Below are positions 49,066 to 52,858 of a DNA stretch of 52,858 nucleotides, piece by piece; position 1 is the stretch's first letter; each line of letters opens with the position of its first letter. The stretch is from positions 1 to 52,858 of the forward strand of contig CAYVYJ010000009.1 in NCBI GenBank assembly GCA_964455085.1, given 5' to 3'. A model generated the notes under the pieces. It had not been told where the DNA came from. It ran no database searches and worked only from the letters and a program-made list of their open reading frames with translations. A program made the position numbers and the translations under genes. The DNA comes from an uncultured Planctomycetia bacterium. Its GTDB lineage: Bacteria; Omnitrophota; Gorgyraeia; Duberdicusellales; 4484-171.

Positions 49066-51765
49066 TTAAAACTTCCTGCGATAGTAGACTCTGCCGATAT
49101 GCTGGGTATCAAGGACAGCTACTCCACCGCCAAAAGGTGAATAGGTTGATTCGGAAATTCCAGCAATACTACCTACGCCATATTGAGCAACTAATTCACT
49201 ATCTTCTTTTAATTTCATTCTTACTTCAGAGAAAAACGCATGATGGGATCGATTCTCTACCCGCGAATCTTCATTCAACTCAGAAATATCATTAGCTTTT
49301 GAGTAGACATAACGTCCGTGAAACCCTAATTTTTCGGTTGGCGAATAATTTACTTCCAGACCAATATGGTTCATGTTGTCATCTATAATCTGGGCCCACT
49401 CATATTCATTACGGGTATAATCTAAATAAATCTCCAGATTATCCTTTGGTCTTAAGTTGATACCAGCTTTAAAAATATCAAAATAAGGATAAGGCGGAAC
49501 CGGGAAAGCACCAGTGTGGTTTAGCCCATAGGTATACTCACGAAATATCTGGCCATATTCGGAATAGGTGGAAAAAGCAGTCCAATTGAGTAAGCCCCGA
49601 CCAAAATTATCATATGCTAAAGTCGAATCGTTAGTATGTTCCCAAATAAAACTTGCTGCTAACCAGTTAAAGAAATCATAATTGGCCCCTAGAGAAATTG
49701 TCTTTAGACTGGGATCTTTTCCATCTTCTACCGATACATTCTGATAAAAATCCCCGCTTTGTGGATCAATTATAAAAGGATCCATTCCGGCATCAGTCTT
49801 AGGTAAATCATGATAAATACCTAAAAGCTTTGTAGTCAACTTGTCTAATGGTTTGTAAACAGCTTCCAGACGGACAACATTCTCAATATACTCACCATCA
49901 ACATTATGTACATTCCGAAGATCAAAAAGAGTATCTAAATCCTGATCTAATAAATTATCAGCTTCTATCCTAAGACTGATAGTATCTCTTCCATAATCAA
50001 TACCGTCACCAATACGAAAAGTTTTTACATCATTCCAATTCAAACCCAGACTATGAAGACCACTAAAGTAATAACCAAAAGCTTTGCGGAAGGTTAAGTG
50101 ACGTGACCAGAAAGTATCATCTCTGGTTTCGCGAAAACTAGCTAAAGCGCTCTCAAAACCCTCATCCATATGGGTAAGGGCCAAACGTAATTTATAAAAG
50201 AAATCTTCCTCTCTGGGTGTAGTTCCCAAGTAATTTTCTTCGCTCCGATTAAAAGCCGCATTAATCAAACTTACCTGAAAGCTATTTCCTTTTTTTTCGC
50301 TCTCATAATCAGACCTTATATCCTGCTTGCTGAAAGATGTAGCTGCTTCTAAGGAGAGTTCGGTATTCTCTCCTAAGTTTAAACTGGCATCAAGGCCAAA
50401 GAAGTGGTTGTAAATATCCAAAGCCCGCTTATCGTACCCCAATTTAGAACCATAAACAAACCCTAAAGTAAGATCATCCATCCAAAAGTATTTACCACGA
50501 AGGGCATTCTGGAAAGTGTTAAAATCAGTATAATCCTGCCATAACTCTTTAGGGGAGGTAGCAGTGAAATCCAAGCTTGTTTTCTCTGAGTCAAAATTCA
50601 AAGAAAAACCTCGTAAGGCGGTAAGCCTTGTTCCCGTAGAATCCCGGGTAATGTAAGCTGTAGAATCATCCCACCAGCCTTTTTGAAAGTCCGGTGCGGC
50701 TAATTCAGAATTTACATGGCCGGGCTGCCAATTGATTAGCCACTGTGATTCCTCCCAATAGGTATGGTTATTAGTAAGATTTAAAGGATCATCGGAAGAA
50801 TAAGCAAGATTCTCCATAGCTACCGGAAAAACTTTTAAAGCTAAACTATCGTTTTTATAATCAAACCAGAGCTCCCGCAACGGCCAAACTTCTCTTTCAA
50901 CTTCTAACTCCGGAATAGTAATAATATTGCTGTTAAGACTGGTTATTGTAACTGAAGGGATCTTGCCATCAACTACTTTTACTTCCGGTAGGCTTAAAGA
51001 GTCTCCTCTAGCGTTAGAATAGACTGTTTTATTCACTGTGTAGCGCATATTAGACCAATAATTATACTCCACATCAAAAGTATCTCCGCTGTTGCTCACG
51101 GTAACTTCCTTACTCTTGCCGATAAAACTCCAAGGGCTGATATCAACATTGCCGTGAAATCCCCAGCCTTCTTCCTGAAGAGAATCAATCTCAAATTTTA
51201 TCCGGCTAAAAACAGCCGGATCAAAAGTATTTTCCCGACGGTTATAAGCCTGATCCGATAAAATCCGCCAATTTTCCTCACTCAAGTCAGCGTTGGCCCG
51301 CTTCCATAAAACATCTCCGTCCTCTAGACCAAGACTAATTTGATATTCTCCTTTAAGCCTAAAATTAGTAGGTTCCTCCTCCAAAAACTCTTCTTCTGGG
51401 TAGTAGGACTCAGGGGAGACCTTAAAATACTCCACTTCTATCGGAGGAGCTTCCGGAATAGTTACCGCCTCCTCAAAATACTCCACTTCTATCGGGGAGG
51501 TTGCCGGAATAGTTACCTCCTCCGATGCCAGGGCATTTAAGGTGTTGGCTATCTTCTCTTGACGGATATCTGCTAAGTATATTGCGGCTTTTTGATTAGC
51601 CGGATTAATAACTAAAGCCCGCTTAAACTCGATTTCAGCTTCTTGGAAATAGCCTTTCTCTAAGAAAACTTCACCCATTTCTACAAGATAAGCATCAGAG
51701 ACAGCAAAACCGCTTAGAGGAAAAAATAGCAATAATATTGGGAATAACAGGAAAAAACCTTTCAT
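49066..51765 (-). CDS. Hypothetical exported protein: signal peptide, TPR, Pro/Glu linker, putative outer-membrane beta-barrel
   Basis: MKGFFLLFPILLLFFPLSGFA; TPR-like MGEVFLEKGYFQEAEIEFKRALVINPAN; many aromatic amphipathic strands; C-terminal GRVYYRRKF. Confidence 0.7.
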   Translation of the reverse strand: MKGFFLLFPILLLFFPLSGFAVSDAYLVEMGEVFLEKGYFQEAEIEFKRALVINPANQKAAIYLADIRQEKIANTLNALASEEVTIPATSPIEVEYFEEAVTIPEAPPIEVEYFKVSPESYYPEEEFLEEEPTNFRLKGEYQISLGLEDGDVLWKRANADLSEENWRILSDQAYNRRENTFDPAVFSRIKFEIDSLQEEGWGFHGNVDISPWSFIGKSKEVTVSNSGDTFDVEYNYWSNMRYTVNKTVYSNARGDSLSLPEVKVVDGKIPSVTITSLNSNIITIPELEVEREVWPLRELWFDYKNDSLALKVFPVAMENLAYSSDDPLNLTNNHTYWEESQWLINWQPGHVNSELAAPDFQKGWWDDSTAYITRDSTGTRLTALRGFSLNFDSEKTSLDFTATSPKELWQDYTDFNTFQNALRGKYFWMDDLTLGFVYGSKLGYDKRALDIYNHFFGLDASLNLGENTELSLEAATSFSKQDIRSDYESEKKGNSFQVSLINAAFNRSEENYLGTTPREEDFFYKLRLALTHMDEGFESALASFRETRDDTFWSRHLTFRKAFGYYFSGLHSLGLNWNDVKTFRIGDGIDYGRDTISLRIEADNLLDQDLDTLFDLRNVHNVDGEYIENVVRLEAVYKPLDKLTTKLLGIYHDLPKTDAGMDPFIIDPQSGDFYQNVSVEDGKDPSLKTISLGANYDFFNWLAASFIWEHTNDSTLAYDNFGRGLLNWTAFSTYSEYGQIFREYTYGLNHTGAFPVPPYPYFDIFKAGINLRPKDNLEIYLDYTRNEYEWAQIIDDNMNHIGLEVNYSPTEKLGFHGRYVYSKANDISELNEDSRVENRSHHAFFSEVRMKLKEDSELVAQYGVGSIAGISESTYSPFGGGVAVLDTQHIGRVYYRRKF
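51424..51522. repeat. In-frame tandem duplication, period 51 bp
   Basis: AAAATACTCCACTTCTATCGG..CCGGAATAGTTACC..CCTC twice; encodes EEVTIPATSPIEVEYF / EEAVTIPEAPPIEVEYF. Confidence 0.92.
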
Positions 51766-51772
51766 CAGAAGG

Positions 51773-51801
51773 ATTTTATCAAAAAAACCCTGATACTACA
51801 A
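51773..51801 (-). promoter_or_regulatory. Putative promoter 7 nt before the 899-aa gene ATG
   Basis: TTGTAG-17 nt-TAAAAT with extended TG, then ccttctg-ATG. Confidence 0.6.
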
Positions 51802-51807
51802 GCATTT

Positions 51808-52746
51808 TTATTCTTCGATCTTAAATCGGGATTTCTTGATTTCCGGGGAAGGCCGGGATTTCCAGCGACGATGTATCCAGGCCCATTGGTAGGGAAACTC
51901 TCGAACCCACTGTTCAATTATCCGGGTAAACTTTATCGCGTTGAGCAGCAAAGTCTGGTCTTTATCTTCGGTTACAATTAGTTCTTCCTGGGGGAATATT
52001 CTTAAATAATGCTTACCCCTGCTCTCTCTTATCATGTATGCCGGAACGATTGCCGCCTCAGTTCTTAAAGCCAGGGTAATCGGTCCTACCGCAGTAGCTG
52101 CTAACTTACCAAAAAAATTCACCCAAACTCCGCCAGTGCCAAAGTTTTGGTCCATTTGAATCACCACTAGCTCATTTTTCCGCAAGGCGTTTATTATCCC
52201 GCTGATACAGGTTTTCCGCGGGTAAGAAAGAATAGTCTTTATCCCTCCCTTTGCCCTTAAATAGCTAACGTAATCATCAGTATGCTTATCCCGCATTGGC
52301 CGGGCAACAACATTTATTGGAAAGCCTTCTTTAGCTAATTTAAAAAGCATTAGAGGGAAATTTCCCAAATGAGCAGTTAGGAGCAACACCCCCTTTTGTT
52401 TGTTTAAGGCTTGCTCCAGATATTCTTTCCCTACAACACGGATATTACTTAAATGGCGGGTATTTTTCACCAGAAAAACCAATTCAAAGGTACTTTGAGC
52501 CATAAAAACAAAGTAGAAACGGGTAATCTTTCTTTTTTCCTTTAAGAGCATATGAGGGAAAGCAATTGAAAGGCCATCTATGGCAATTTGGCGATGGCGC
52601 CTTAGGGCCAAATAAGCCAGGCTTCCTAAAATATTGCCAATACAATAGTTCCAGCTCAAAGGGAGAAGTTTGCTCAAAGAAGAAAATACCTTGATGGCAA
52701 CTCTCCCTGCTTTTCTTCTGAGAATTTTTTTCCGTTCTTTATCCAT
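51808..52746 (-). CDS. Lipid A lauroyl/myristoyl acyltransferase family (LpxL/HtrB-like)
   Basis: GVLLLTAHLGN, QMDQNFG..GVWVNFFGK, PYQWAWIHRRWKSRP. Confidence 0.9.
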   Translation of the reverse strand: MDKERKKILRRKAGRVAIKVFSSLSKLLPLSWNYCIGNILGSLAYLALRRHRQIAIDGLSIAFPHMLLKEKRKITRFYFVFMAQSTFELVFLVKNTRHLSNIRVVGKEYLEQALNKQKGVLLLTAHLGNFPLMLFKLAKEGFPINVVARPMRDKHTDDYVSYLRAKGGIKTILSYPRKTCISGIINALRKNELVVIQMDQNFGTGGVWVNFFGKLAATAVGPITLALRTEAAIVPAYMIRESRGKHYLRIFPQEELIVTEDKDQTLLLNAIKFTRIIEQWVREFPYQWAWIHRRWKSRPSPEIKKSRFKIEE

Positions 52747-52762
52747 GGTTTATGAAGAAATG

Positions 52763-52790
52763 ATTATAACACAAGAGATGTTTTTGGCAA
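52763..52790 (-). promoter_or_regulatory. Putative promoter for the acyltransferase gene
   Basis: TTGCCA-16 nt-TATAAT with extended TG. Confidence 0.65.
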
Positions 52791-52858
52791 CTAGTTGTTT
52801 TATCCGGGACAGGTCCCATTTAAAAAAGCTAAGCGGGTAAAAGAATTTTTTTTGTTTT

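Noticed and set aside
655-51540. About 35 short ORFs in the track antisense to long conserved genes (e.g. 655-909, 19509-19886, 30790-31173, 46195-46572, 40165-40362)
   Set aside because: They are shadows of well-supported genes on the opposite strand, with no recognisable motifs.

Overview
AT-rich bacterial chromosomal segment made almost entirely of housekeeping genes, nearly all on the - strand. It carries addAB, rib/nusB, rplM-rpsI, hisDBHA, alaS-recX-degP-recA, plsY-pgsA-lepB-lepA, an aromatic amino acid operon, a regulatory PTS cluster, three tRNAs, rpsB-tsf-pyrH-frr, msbA/lpxB, mnmG, gpmA and nrdJ with NrdR boxes. Lipid A genes indicate a diderm; gene order and protein style suggest Candidatus Omnitrophota (inference only). 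I see no transposase, integrase, prophage or CRISPR array. The most interesting signals are non-coding. (1) A dispersed hairpin family keeps an invariant T-GA-G...C-GA-A tandem G.A core while its stem sequences vary (recA 5' UTR, tRNA cluster). (2) A 123-bp mini-island is bounded by a duplicated tRNA-Gly 3' end. (3) Several gene-less palindromes and heptamer arrays sit exactly at gene junctions; one supplies the stop, RBS and start of adjacent genes. (4) Several promoters predict leaderless mRNAs. (5) An uncharacterised envelope locus encodes a TPR plus putative beta-barrel protein, a membrane-anchored coiled-coil protein and a LacI regulator. All calls are by eye, without database searches.
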